Source: Eledone cirrhosa (lineage: Eukaryota). From it: a DNA stretch of 64,000 bases. This document shows, piece by piece, positions 12,882 through 25,530 of this stretch. The DNA is taken from assembly GCA_964016885.1 (NCBI GenBank), contig OZ024740.1:209932001-209996000 (forward strand), written 5' to 3'. Position numbers and translations under genes: made by a program. Each line of letters opens with the position of its first letter. Positions within the stretch are counted from its first letter, which is position 1. The notes under the pieces were generated by a model that made no database searches, was not told the DNA's origin, and saw only the letters and a list, made by a program, of their open reading frames with translations.

Positions 12882-13390
12882 ATGTATGTACGTGTACATA
12901 CTTATATTTAAGTAACAGCCGTACTAAGAGTGGGAAATGAAATATCGTTTCATTTTTTCCGTTTATCGTTTTCGGTGCACCCGGCCGATTAACCCACTCG
13001 ATATGCAAATTGGGCTACTCAGCCGTTAATATGCATAAGGTAAGTATATACATTCAACAATCTGGCAGGAAGGTATACGTTGCTGACGATAGCTAACAAG
13101 CTTGAAACTAGTACAGCGTTCCTTTGTCAGTGTTGAACAAACGAGCAACGGTGGTTGCTAGACACTACGGCTTAATACGGGATGTTTGTTTACAAACACA
13201 CCGAGCATTATAATAAATGTTCGGTGAATCCATACGTGCATATATATATGTGTGCATGTATGTATATATATATATATACATACTACTGTACGTCGGTATA
13301 CATATATGTATGTACGTGTACATACTTATATTTAAGTAACAGCCGTACTAAGAGTGGGAAATGAAATATCGTTTCATTTTTTCCGTTTAT
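12882..13390 (+). mobile_element. Non-coding insert with 85-bp terminal direct repeats and a hammerhead motif (PLE pseudo-LTR or retrozyme-like)
   Basis: TATGTATGTACGTGTACATACTT...TTTTTTCCGTTTAT occurs at 12882-12966 and 13306-13390; a hammerhead core lies inside; both flanks are (TA)n. Confidence 0.65.
13077..13119 (+). ncRNA. Minimal type I hammerhead ribozyme (predicted)
   Basis: ACGUUG CUGACGA u AGC uaacaa GCU u GAAA CUAG UA^CAGCGU. Stem I is 6 bp with one G-U, the core boxes are intact, stem III is the palindrome ACUAGU, and the triplet is GUA. Confidence 0.7.
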
Positions 13391-13427
13391 ATATATATAT
13401 GTATATGTATATATGTATATATATATG

Positions 13428-13478
<51 letters not shown>

Positions 13479-13573
13479 ATATATATATGTATATATATAT
13501 ATGTATATATATATATGTATATATATATATGTATATATATATATGTATATATATATATGTATATATATATATG

Positions 13574-13626
<53 letters not shown>

Positions 13627-13627
13627 G

Positions 13628-13680
<53 letters not shown>

Positions 13681-13681
13681 G

Positions 13682-13796
<115 letters not shown>

Positions 13797-13797
13797 G

Positions 13798-13844
<47 letters not shown>

Positions 13845-13879
13845 GTATATATATATATGTATATATATATATATGTATG

Positions 13880-13942
<63 letters not shown>

Positions 13943-13999
13943 ATATATATGTATGTATATATATATATGTATATATATATGTATGTATATATATATATG

Positions 14000-14030
<31 letters not shown>

Positions 14031-14189
14031 GTATATATATGTATGTATGTATGTATATATGTATGTATATATATGTGTATGTATATATATATATGTATGT
14101 ATATATATATATGTATGTATATATATATATGTATGTATATATATATATGTATGTATATATATATATGTATGTATATATATATATGTATG

Positions 14190-14220
<31 letters not shown>

Positions 14221-16624
14221 GTATATATATATATGTATATATATATATGTATATATATGTATGTATGTATATATGTATGTACGTATATATGTATGTACGT
14301 ATATATGTATGTATATGTATATATATATATATATGTATATAAGTATGTATATATATATATATATGCATACACACACATACAAAATGACATCTACATATAT
14401 ATAAACAAGCTCCCATTGCGCTCCAAACATGTAATAAAATGTGTGCTGAGTAACGAAGCACATGCAATTAAGTTGCACACATATAACTTTTAGGTTGTCA
14501 TAATAATTATTATAGGTTAGAAAGACAGTATTTAATGGCTAGCAGCTTGTTTTAATTGACCCCGCTGACACTAAAGGCGTGTAATTAGAGAGACGTCAAG
14601 AGGTAGGTCGGAAGAGTGAGGGTGAGCAGAGAGAATAGAAGGTGTATAAGATTAAGGAATAAGAACAAAAGCAATAAGAAAACCACGTTGTTCTGACAAT
14701 CTTGTGCGTAACATTTGAAGAGAAAGAAATGAATGAGTTGATGTGGGGTAAGTCGTTGGCGGGTTTCCCAAATATTTATGTAGCGCTCTTTTCCCATAAC
14801 TTCAGTGATAGCAAGGAGAGAAAACAACTGTATGATTGTTATAGTAGTGGTGGTGGTGGGTTTTTATTTGTGTTTTCTTTAAATAAACAAGTTATACTAA
14901 CACTGTCTTAAATATTGATTTTGTAGGAGGGCACTTAGTCAATTGAGTCGATACTGATATACTAATGTCTTAGTTATCGGACCTCGAAAATGAAAAGTAA
15001 AATCGATTTCGGCGAGGTACAAAATTGGGATCGAATGAAATAAAACTAAGTAACGCATTTTGTTTGGCGCATTAAATGTCTGGGGTCGTCTTTACACTCC
15101 TTCCTCGTTGAAATAAATATTGAAAGTGTATTTTTAAAACAAAAATGTTATTTTAGATATCAATGAAGCCGAAAGGCGCAACAAGTTTACAGATTCGTGA
15201 GATGAAGTTTTAGCGATGTAAGTGAAGTGTAAAATAGCTAGTTGGAATCGAAGCCAAACTATGGATTCGACTCGCCAGCAATTATTCTCCACCCTGACTT
15301 TATTGGCTTGAATTCAAAATAGGAATATAATTTAGAGAGAAAAAAAAACAACCCAATCCCGTTGAGACATGTGTGAAAGCAGTTGAATAAAAAGAGCAGT
15401 TGTTATCGAATTTCTGATCTGAAAGTAAGGTTACCTGAGAGAGAAGCTAGTTAAAAAAATAGTGGTTGTAGAAAAGTTTTCTATTTGTTTTGCCTATTTA
15501 TTACAAATGTAAATGGAGGTGATAATGGTGGAAATTAATGTTAGGGCTGTAGATTTTAACAGTGTAGTGTATATAACAAACTACACAAACTCTGTGAACA
15601 ATAAAAAATGAAACAACACATATGACAATATATGAGAATTAACATCAAGTGGAGAGTGCTTGAGTGACAAGCGAGTGGCTGTTGTTACGACTACATTTTG
15701 TTTATGAAACTTGTGGTGTAAGTAACAATATACGTACCTGTACAAATCTGGAGACTTGTCCGTAAACAATAAGTTATCATAATCCGAGTAAGAGGACGTT
15801 CTCCGAAAGGATTCCATAACTGAAGAATTGGACTGCTGTGATGTATGTATAGAGAATGGGAAGTTTTCAAACTACTATTTCCCTTGTATTACCTGTTGTT
15901 AGAATTTCTATGTATGTTCATTCGTCTGTTTAATCGCCAGACTTTGACAAAACTAACAAGTCAGCACTCCGATTCATGGCTAATCCTAACCAGTACAGTC
16001 CAATGATGATTTGATCGCTTAAAGTTGTTCTTGTTTTTAATATTATTATTTATTTTTTCTTTAAGTAAATAAATACGCAGATAGAAAACTTGTCACTGAA
16101 GCAGTGGCCATCCTAAATTGGCGTTATACAGTTGTCGTTTAATCAGGTATCTTATACAGTCACACACTAGTACATATTTGTATATACAAACATCAACATG
16201 GATGAAGCTGCGGTGCAGTGTTTAACAGTTCATTATTACTACAGGTAGTTAAATGATTAGCAGCACAGAAAGGGGAAGGCAGACACTTGCCTAAATCTAG
16301 AGGCGGTCTATTTATTTGTCGATAATATCTGACACCTTCTTCTAACTGTTGCTTACAACGCATTCAGTCACATAAACTTCACAGACACATTCACTCCTCC
16401 TTCTTCTCACCTCCTCTTCGCTCATATTATTCTTAACAAATGCTTTCAATAAACATTTCTCCTGTAACACTATTTGTTTATTGTGGTTGTTTTGTTTATT
16501 TAGCGACGCAAGAGAGTCTGTCCTTCGTTTGTATTATTATTTTTTTTAATATTTTTTTAAGGTCCCCTAAAAAAATTGTTTTTCGTTCGTTATCTTCTCT
16601 CTTTGTTAATTTTTTTACGTTTAT

Positions 16625-16771
<147 letters not shown>

Positions 16772-16800
16772 CATATATATATACATATATACATATATAT

Positions 16801-16844
<44 letters not shown>

Positions 16845-16846
<2 letters not shown>

Positions 16847-17374
16847 CGTTTCTGAATTTGTTTAGCAAGATTCTTTATCTGAAATCGTGTGTTGAAACCG
16901 ATATTGTTATACTTTGGGAGGGTCATGTTGCTAATAAGAAACACACGCACCAGTTGCTTTCACTTCAATTTATTATATATTTATAAATTCATAAATTTAC
17001 AAATTTACAAATCTACAAACTTATAAATTTCTGGTTGGTTGGTTGGTTCCACAAACAGATAGTTGTTTATATATATAGTCATAGTCCTTTCGTCACACAC
17101 TCTGTGACCTCTTCAGTGACTGGGGATTCCTTTCTTCGTTTCTGTGCCTTTCCTTTCTTCTATAAGAGGTCACAGAGTGTGTGACGAAAGGACTATGACT
17201 ATATATATAAACAACTATCTGGTTGTGGAACCAACCAACCAACCAGAAATTTATAAGTTTGTAGATTTGTAAATTTGTAAATTTATGAATTTATAAATAT
17301 ATAATAAATTGAAGTGAAAGCAACTGGTGCGTGTGTTTCTTATTGGCAACATGACCCTCCCAAAGTATAACAAT
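16845..17374 (-). mobile_element. Penelope-like element, pseudo-LTR-only copy with inverted arm
   Basis: About 16903-17114 and 17164-17374 are near-perfect inverted copies. The same pLTR flanks the GIY-YIG ORF at 18241-18823. The left arm runs into a probable ORF start [28 protein letters not shown]. Confidence 0.85.
17077..17121 (-). ncRNA. Minimal type I hammerhead ribozyme in PLE pseudo-LTR (predicted)
   Basis: AGUCA CUGAAGA g GUCACA gagug UGUGAC GAAA G ga C UA^UGACU: 5-bp stem I, 6-bp stem II, 2-bp stem III. Confidence 0.7.
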
Positions 17375-17375
17375 A

Positions 17376-17409
<34 letters not shown>

Positions 17410-17424
17410 CATATATATATATAC

Positions 17425-17457
<33 letters not shown>

Positions 17458-17458
17458 C

Positions 17459-17493
<35 letters not shown>

Positions 17494-17494
17494 C

Positions 17495-17553
<59 letters not shown>

Positions 17554-17688
17554 CATATATATACATATATATACATATATATATACATATATATACATAT
17601 ATATATACATATATATATATACATATATATACATATATATATACATATATATACATATATATACATATATATACATATATATATATAC

Positions 17689-17721
<33 letters not shown>

Positions 17722-17752
17722 CATATATACATATATATATACATATATATAC

Positions 17753-17803
<51 letters not shown>

Positions 17804-17816
17804 TATATATATATAC

Positions 17817-17877
<61 letters not shown>

Positions 17878-17880
17878 TAT

Positions 17881-18975
17881 GCCAATAAGAAACACACGCA
17901 CCAGTTGCTTTCACTTCAATTTATTATAATAAATTTATAAATTTATAAATTTCTGGTTGGTTGGTTGGTTCCACAACCAGATAGTTGTTTATATATTGTC
18001 ATAGTTCTTTCGTCACACACTCTGTGACCTATTCAGTGACTGGGATTCCTTTCTTTGTTTCTGTGCCTCTCCTTTGTTCTGTCCTACGCCATTTTGTTTC
18101 TGTGTGTGTGTTGTGTGCTCAGTCTGCGCATGCGCCACATCCGGGTGTCTGTGTGTGTTTATGTTCATTTATTTATTTGTTTATTTACATGTTACTGGTT
18201 GGTTGTTTGTTCTATGTGTGTGTGTGTTTTCATTTTGTCCTTAATTGTAAGTTGTGATGTTGCTGTTCCACTCATATTTTCTATTTAATTTTGGTTGTAA
18301 TTCTTTTATGTTTATTGCCTCTGTAATTTGTCTAAACATTGCGTCTTTTCTGTGTGTAGATTCTATTTTAGCATGTTGGTAGAGTACAGATGATTCTTTA
18401 CTATCTTGAAGGTCTCGCCAGTGTTCATTTATCCGTTCCCCTACACTACGAGCTGTCTCACCTATGTACACTATATTTTTGTCTCTACATTGTCCTTCAG
18501 TACATCTTATGCTATACACTACATTTCTAGTTTTACAGTTAATATGGGGGCTTATTTTACAGGTTATACATTTCTTATCTATACATGAGGGTCTTTGAAA
18601 AGGGTATGTCTTGCTAATAAGTGTTTTTACGGAGGTACCTGGTCTTTCTACTATCTTAATATTGAGTTTATGTTTATTTAGGGCCCTTCTAAATTTGTAA
18701 GCTAATTCACCTCTAGGGGTTGTATCGATGAACATTACACTCTGGTATTTATTGCTATCATACCATGAGTTTATTCTATTAGCCTTGTTCCTAGTTCTTT
18801 CTATTCTATTCCAAAATTTGCTCCTATGACAATATATAAACAACTATCTGGTTGTGGAACCAACCAACCAACCAGAAATTTATAAATTTATAAATTTATT
18901 ATAATAAATTGAAGTGAAAGCAACTGGTGCGTGTGTTTCTTATTGGCAACATGACCCTCCCAAAGTATAACAATA
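17881..18975 (-). mobile_element. 5'-truncated Penelope-like element: 3' pLTR, GIY-YIG coding end and inverted pLTR arm
   Basis: pLTR at about 17881-18240 carries a hammerhead copy (17997-18041) with mutated core CUGAAUA; inverted arm at 18824-18975; both ends abut (TA)n. Confidence 0.9.
18241..18823 (-). pseudogene. C-terminal linker and GIY-YIG endonuclease of a Penelope-like retrotransposon (5'-truncated)
   Basis: C-x4-C-x2-C linker, then CKTRNVVYSIRC...YIGETARSVGERINEH...RQITEAINIKELQPKLN, matching the PLE GIY-YIG signature. Confidence 0.9.
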
Positions 18976-19104
18976 CATATATATACATATATATATATAT
19001 ACATACATATACATATATATATACATATATATATATACATACATATATATATATATATATACATACATATACATATATATATATATATACATACATATAC
19101 ATAC

Positions 19105-19138
<34 letters not shown>

Positions 19139-19189
19139 ATATATACATACATATACATATATATATATATATACATACATATACATACA

Positions 19190-19220
<31 letters not shown>

Positions 19221-19608
19221 ATATATATACATACATATACATATATATATATATATACATACATATACATACATATATATATATATATACATACATATAC
19301 ATACATATATATATATATATACATACATACATATACATATATATATACATACATATACATATATATATACATACATATACATATATATATACATACATAT
19401 ACATACATATATATACATATATATATATACATATATATACATATATATATATATATACATATATATACATATATATATACATATATATACATATATATAC
19501 ATATATATACATATATATATACATATATATGCATATATATATACATATATATACATATATATACATATATATATACATATATATACATATATATATACAT
19601 ATATATAC

Positions 19609-19643
<35 letters not shown>

Positions 19644-19764
19644 CATATATATACATATATATATATATATATACATATATATACATATATATATACATAT
19701 ATATACATATATATATATATATATACATATATATATACATATATATACATATATATATATATAC

Positions 19765-19839
<75 letters not shown>

Positions 19840-19886
19840 TATACATATATATATACATATATATACATATATATATATATATATAC

Positions 19887-20235
<349 letters not shown>

Positions 20236-20244
20236 CATATATAC

Positions 20245-20397
<153 letters not shown>

Positions 20398-20403
20398 CAT
20401 ACA

Positions 20404-20743
<340 letters not shown>

Positions 20744-20744
20744 C

Positions 20745-20777
<33 letters not shown>

Positions 20778-20778
20778 C

Positions 20779-21073
<295 letters not shown>

Positions 21074-21090
21074 TATACATATATATATAC

Positions 21091-21155
<65 letters not shown>

Positions 21156-21187
21156 CATACATATACATATATATACATATATATACA

Positions 21188-21223
<36 letters not shown>

Positions 21224-21297
21224 CTCTTTTACTCTTTTACCTGTTTCAGCCATCCGGCTGAGGCCATGCTGAGGCACCGCCCTTGTTGCTACACATT

Positions 21298-23541
21298 TTA
21301 TCTCCAGCCTGTATAGGTTGGCCACTGGTGTAGGAGGGAGTTTGTTGCTGCTGCCCTTAGGTTTCCCTCGTGTCTTGCTGTGGGCTCATCCGGGATCCTG
21401 GATAACAAGGTGTCGAGATGTTTCTTAAAGACATCCACCTCCACGTCATGCAAGTCTCGCAGATGCCTCGGCAGCCTGTTGAAGAGTTGAGGGCCCTTGA
21501 ATCCCAGGCTATTGCAATACCTGCTCCTTATTCTAGATGTGGAAGACGGGACCTTTGGCACCACACAGTGACGTCCTGTTCGACGGTTGGTCCAGCTCCC
21601 AATGCCAAAGTTTGGTGCTAGTCCCTCCAGGATTTTCCACATGTAGATCACTGCGTATCTCTCCCGTCTTCGCTCCAAGGAGTAGAGGTTCAGTTCCTTC
21701 AGCCTCTCCCAGTAGCTTGTCTCCCTCATCTTGGCAATCCTCTTGGTGTAGCTTCGCTGGATTGCCTCAAGCTCTGTGGTTAGTTTGACACTATGGGGTG
21801 ACCACAGCTGGGAGCAGTAGTCCAGGCGGCTTAGGACAAAAGTCCTCCACAGTGTCAACATGGTGTCTCGATCTCTTGTAAGGAAAGTCCTCAAGATCCA
21901 GCCAGCGAATCGTCTACATGCTGTCGCCACCTTCATGATGTGTGAAGAAAAAGATGCATCATCGCTCATGTCTATGCCCAGGTCTCGTATCGATTTTGAC
22001 ACGGGGATATCGGTCCCTCCTGGTCCTGTGTAGCTGTGTTCCGCTATATTTGTGTTTGTGTTTGCAGGTTTGTATTGTAGGGCTTGGAATTTGCCAGCAT
22101 TAAACTGCATGTTGTTTTCTTCCGCCCATCTGTATATGGCATCCAGATCCTGCTGTAAGAGGGCAGCGTCAGCCGGGTTTTTGATTGCCTGTGCTACCTT
22201 AGTGTCATCAGCATAGCTAGTGAGGGATGTTGTTGCATGCACCACAGAGGGCATGTCCGAGAGAGCCACCAAAAACAGTAGTGGTCCCAGGACTGTCCCC
22301 TGAGGCACCCCACTTGTTATCGGTGTTTCCCTCGAGAGGGCCCCATTTGCTGCGACTGCCTGGCTTCTGTCCCTCAGGAAGCCATGCAGCCACTCACCTA
22401 CTTTTCCAGTTATGCCGAGTCCGTGTAGTTTGTGACATATCATTCCGTGGTCGACCTTGTCAAAGGCCTTCGCAAAGTCAAGATATATCACGTCTACATG
22501 TGAGCTGTCTAGTAGCTGTCTCAGTACCCAGTCGTAGTGATGTAGCAGCTGTGTAAGGCAGCTTCTTCCTGGGCGGAAGCCATGTTGCGTGCTAGTCAGG
22601 CGGTCATTTTCTTCGAGGAAAGTGATTAGTTTCTTTCTGACGACTCGCTCCATGACCTTACTGATATGCGACGTCAGGGAGACTGGCCTATAGTTCTTGG
22701 CCTCCGCTCTACTACCTCCTTTATGGATAGGGCATATTGTGCCTTCTTTCAGCTCCCTGGGTAGTACACCGCTAGCCAAGGAGCTTCTGAAGAGCATCTT
22801 CAGTGGAGTTGCTAAGGCCTGCTTACATATTTTTAGGAGAACTGCTGGGAATCCATCAGGTCCAGCAGCCGAATCTGTTCTAATTTCATCAATGGCGTAC
22901 ACCACATCCTCCTCCATTATGTCTATGTGGTTGATGGTTGCCATTTCTTGATGTAGTGTTGTGGCATCAAAGAACTCCTCTGGCTTCGTTATTTGCATGT
23001 GCCTCAGTGGACATGTGAAGACACTTTTGTACTGTTCGTTCAGTATTTCACATATCTCTTGGGGATTTTCGGTTAATGAATCGTCCGTGTGGAAGAGTGG
23101 TCCAATCTTGCAGTGTACTGAGGCAGTTTCTTTTGCAAATTTAAAGAAGGCCTTAGGGTTTGTTTTAATGTTTTCTATGGCCCTGTTCTCTTTCCTTGCC
23201 CTCTCATTCTCATCTGAAAGCTTGAGTGCAATCTCGGTGTCAAGTAGTGCACGTTTCAAATAGGATTCCTTCTTGTTTTTGTTTTGTTGACTATTCAACT
23301 GGTTTGAGAGTTTAGTTCTACGTCTCATAAGGATTTTCCTATCTCTGGGAATAAGATTTTTGTGTCTGTTTGCCTCTTTCTCCGGGACACACTTTTTGCA
23401 TATGGTGTGTATCGTTGTCATGAAGTGTTGAAATTGTGTGTTAGTGTCTTGTGTGGCGATGTTTGCACTCCATGTTTGCTTCCGAATTTCACTCTTAATC
23501 TTCTTCCAGTCAGCCCCGTAGAAGTTAAGGCTGGATAGCGT
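21298..23541 (-). CDS. LINE ORF2, reverse transcriptase part (continues the endonuclease frame after a 1-nt indel near 23543)
   Basis: Motifs [57 protein letters not shown] and [11 protein letters not shown]; no internal stop. Confidence 0.93.
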   Translation of the reverse strand, partial: TLSSLNFYGADWKKIKSEIRKQTWSANIATQDTNTQFQHFMTTIHTICKKCVPEKEANRHKNLIPRDRKILMRRRTKLSNQLNSQQNKNKKESYLKRALLDTEIALKLSDENERARKENRAIENIKTNPKAFFKFAKETASVHCKIGPLFHTDDSLTENPQEICEILNEQYKSVFTCPLRHMQITKPEEFFDATTLHQEMATINHIDIMEEDVVYAIDEIRTDSAAGPDGFPAVLLKICKQALATPLKMLFRSSLASGVLPRELKEGTICPIHKGGSRAEAKNYRPVSLTSHISKVMERVVRKKLITFLEENDRLTSTQHGFRPGRSCLTQLLHHYDWVLRQLLDSSHVDVIYLDFAKAFDKVDHGMICHKLHGLGITGKVGEWLHGFLRDRSQAVAANGALSRETPITSGVPQGTVLGPLLFLVALSDMPSVVHATTSLTSYADDTKVAQAIKNPADAALLQQDLDAIYRWAEENNMQFNAGKFQALQYKPANTNTNIAEHSYTGPGGTDIPVSKSIRDLGIDMSDDASFSSHIMKVATACRRFAGWILRTFLTRDRDTMLTLWRTFVLSRLDYCSQLWSPHSVKLTTELEAIQRSYTKRIAKMRETSYWERLKELNLYSLERRRERYAVIYMWKILEGLAPNFGIGSWTNRRTGRHCVVPKVPSSTSRIRSRYCNSLGFKGPQLFNRLPRHLRDLHDVEVDVFKKHLDTLLSRIPDEPTARHEGNLRAAATNSLLHQWPTYTGWR

Positions 23542-24443
23542 CCCGGAGCTTCTTGGTGTTTTGTCTCTGTTGGTTCTCTTGGACCACATATCATTAGCTC
23601 TACCAAGTTATGATCCGAGAGAATTGTTGGTGTCACCTTTACATTGTGGATGAGCACTTCGTTGTTTGTAAAACAGAGGTCCAGGACATTTTCGCCTCTT
23701 GTTGGGAGGAGTATTGCTTGCTCCATGAACAGCCTCTGTGTGAGGGCCAGCAGGGATTCCGTCTGTCTCTGTTCTATTGACGTCATTCCAGGGAGGAGGT
23801 GGCCCTCAGGCCATTTGACCTTTGGTAGGTTGAAGTCTCCCAGCAGTAGGATGTTGAGACCCTGGTCCAGTTTGTCAAGGACCTCTTCTATCCTACTTAG
23901 GCTATCCTCAAATTTACCCTCATGACTGGGGGCATCGGGCGGCCGATATGTGACACATATTACCGTCTGTAGTTGCTTCATATGTATTATCAGTGTGTCA
24001 CAGACTGAGTTTGAATGTGTCAACAGTACAATTGGTGTGACATCTTCACGGATATACAGAGCAACCCCACCATGAGTTCTCTCCTTCCTGTCCGAACGAA
24101 ATACAGTATATTTCGGTATATGTATTTCTGCATCTGCTATACTGCTTGTCAGGTGCGTTTCGGTTAGTGCCATGCATAGTGCTTGATTGCTTATGGCTAA
24201 GTCTCCCAGGTAGGAAATTTTACTCATGTTGCTGAGTTTCACCAGGCCCCTGACATTCAGCAGCAGCACTGGTGTGACTTTTGGGGTGCCAGTAATGGCT
24301 GTCGGTATGACACCTGGTCTGGTGTCAGCGGCGGCCACTCTGGGTCCCTTAACTGCGGTGGTCTCGAGTGCTGGTGTGGATGACCCTGGCTCTGGAGACG
24401 ATGCAGCCAGGTCAGCTGTCCCACAATCTTCTCTGCCATCACT
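23542..24443 (-). CDS. LINE ORF2, AP-type endonuclease part (no AUG upstream of motif I)
   Basis: Motifs LNVRGL, LTETHL, FRSDR..HGGVALY, YRPP, LLGDFNLP, PTRGENVLDLCFTN and SDHNLV. The frame is open upstream to a TGA near 24528. The start is placed at the candidate slippery site. Confidence 0.85.
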
Positions 24444-25207
24444 AAAAAATTTTTCTGATCTGCTGCTGCCATCTGTATCTCGTCGGCATGTGCGTGCCTT
24501 CTCCTTGTTGGTGCAGCACGCGCGACATCAGCATACTTCTGGAGCGGCTTATTTCGGCTTTGGCTGGGGCATGTTGCGCGAGTATGATGGGCATAGTTCG
24601 TTTGAGACCTAGGGTGGGCGAATCTGCATCCCATCCCTGTCTCTCCATGCCAGCATGTCCCGTTCTTGAAAAACTTGCACATTACTTGGGGTTTTTTGCT
24701 CCCAGTGTCTCGGTGCTTTCTGTTCTTTCTTTGAACAGTTGTCCACTGGTCCCTCTGTGCTTGGTTCTCCTTCGGAAGGTGATTTCGCTTTTCACCTTTG
24801 CCCTTAGCTTGTTGGTTGCCCGGCCTGCCCTCCCTGCCTGTAGCGGAGGGTATATCATTTTCTTTCAGGTCCGTGCTTGTGCTCTCCTCCTTTTCTTTTT
24901 CCTCTTCCTTTTCCCTCTCCTTCTCCTCATCCCTCCCTTCGGTTTTCTCCTCCCTGAGGACACGGCTTAGCATCGCCATATGAGGCGCTATGAGGACATA
25001 CGCCTTCTCAATTTCTTTTCTCTTTCTCTCTATCTGTACCAGGGTCCTCATAAACCCATGGCTCTTCAGGTTCTCCGCCATCTTTTTGCTTGGTGGAGAC
25101 CCATCAGCCATAGTCCACCCCTTGATCAAAACCGCTAGTTCAATCTTCGACCAGTTTCGCTGACTCCTGATTTCACATTTTTCCCATTTTTCCTGCATGC
25201 AGTCCAT
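24257..25207 (-). CDS. LINE ORF1 (316 aa): Myb/SANT-trihelix-like N-terminus, acidic linker, CCCH zinc finger
   Basis: ATG at 25207 (MDCMQEKW). WSKIELAVLIKGW...KKMAENLKSHGFMRTLVQIERKRKEIEKAY resembles trihelix/Myb-like domains. CKFFKNGTCWHGETGMGCRFAHP has C-x7-C-x8-C-x3-H spacing. Confidence 0.8.
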   Translation of the reverse strand: MDCMQEKWEKCEIRSQRNWSKIELAVLIKGWTMADGSPPSKKMAENLKSHGFMRTLVQIERKRKEIEKAYVLIAPHMAMLSRVLREEKTEGRDEEKEREKEEEKEKEESTSTDLKENDIPSATGREGRPGNQQAKGKGEKRNHLPKENQAQRDQWTTVQRKNRKHRDTGSKKPQVMCKFFKNGTCWHGETGMGCRFAHPRSQTNYAHHTRATCPSQSRNKPLQKYADVARAAPTRRRHAHADEIQMAAADQKNFLVMAEKIVGQLTWLHRLQSQGHPHQHSRPPQLRDPEWPPLTPDQVSYRQPLLAPQKSHQCCC

Positions 25208-25412
25208 TTCGCTGTGGAGGGGAGAAAGAGGGACAGTGGGAGGTGTAGAGTAGAGGTTAGAGAGGGACAGAGTGAGGGAGGGAGATAGAGATATAACTCC
25301 AGCGAGAGAAAAAGAAAGAGAAACAGAAGAAAAGAAAAGAAAAGGGGGAGACAGAAGAGGGGAGCGAGAGAGATAGCGGGAAGAGTGGGGGGGGGTCAGA
25401 GGGAGAGAGAGA

Positions 25413-25448
<36 letters not shown>

Positions 25449-25499
25449 CTCGTTGATCTAGAGAGAGGGAGAAAGAGAGCTCGTTGATCGAGAGAGAGA

Positions 25500-25530
<31 letters not shown>

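Noticed and set aside
21418-24983. Plus-strand ORFs overlapping the LINE
   Set aside because: Antisense shadows of a GC-balanced coding region with no recognisable motifs.
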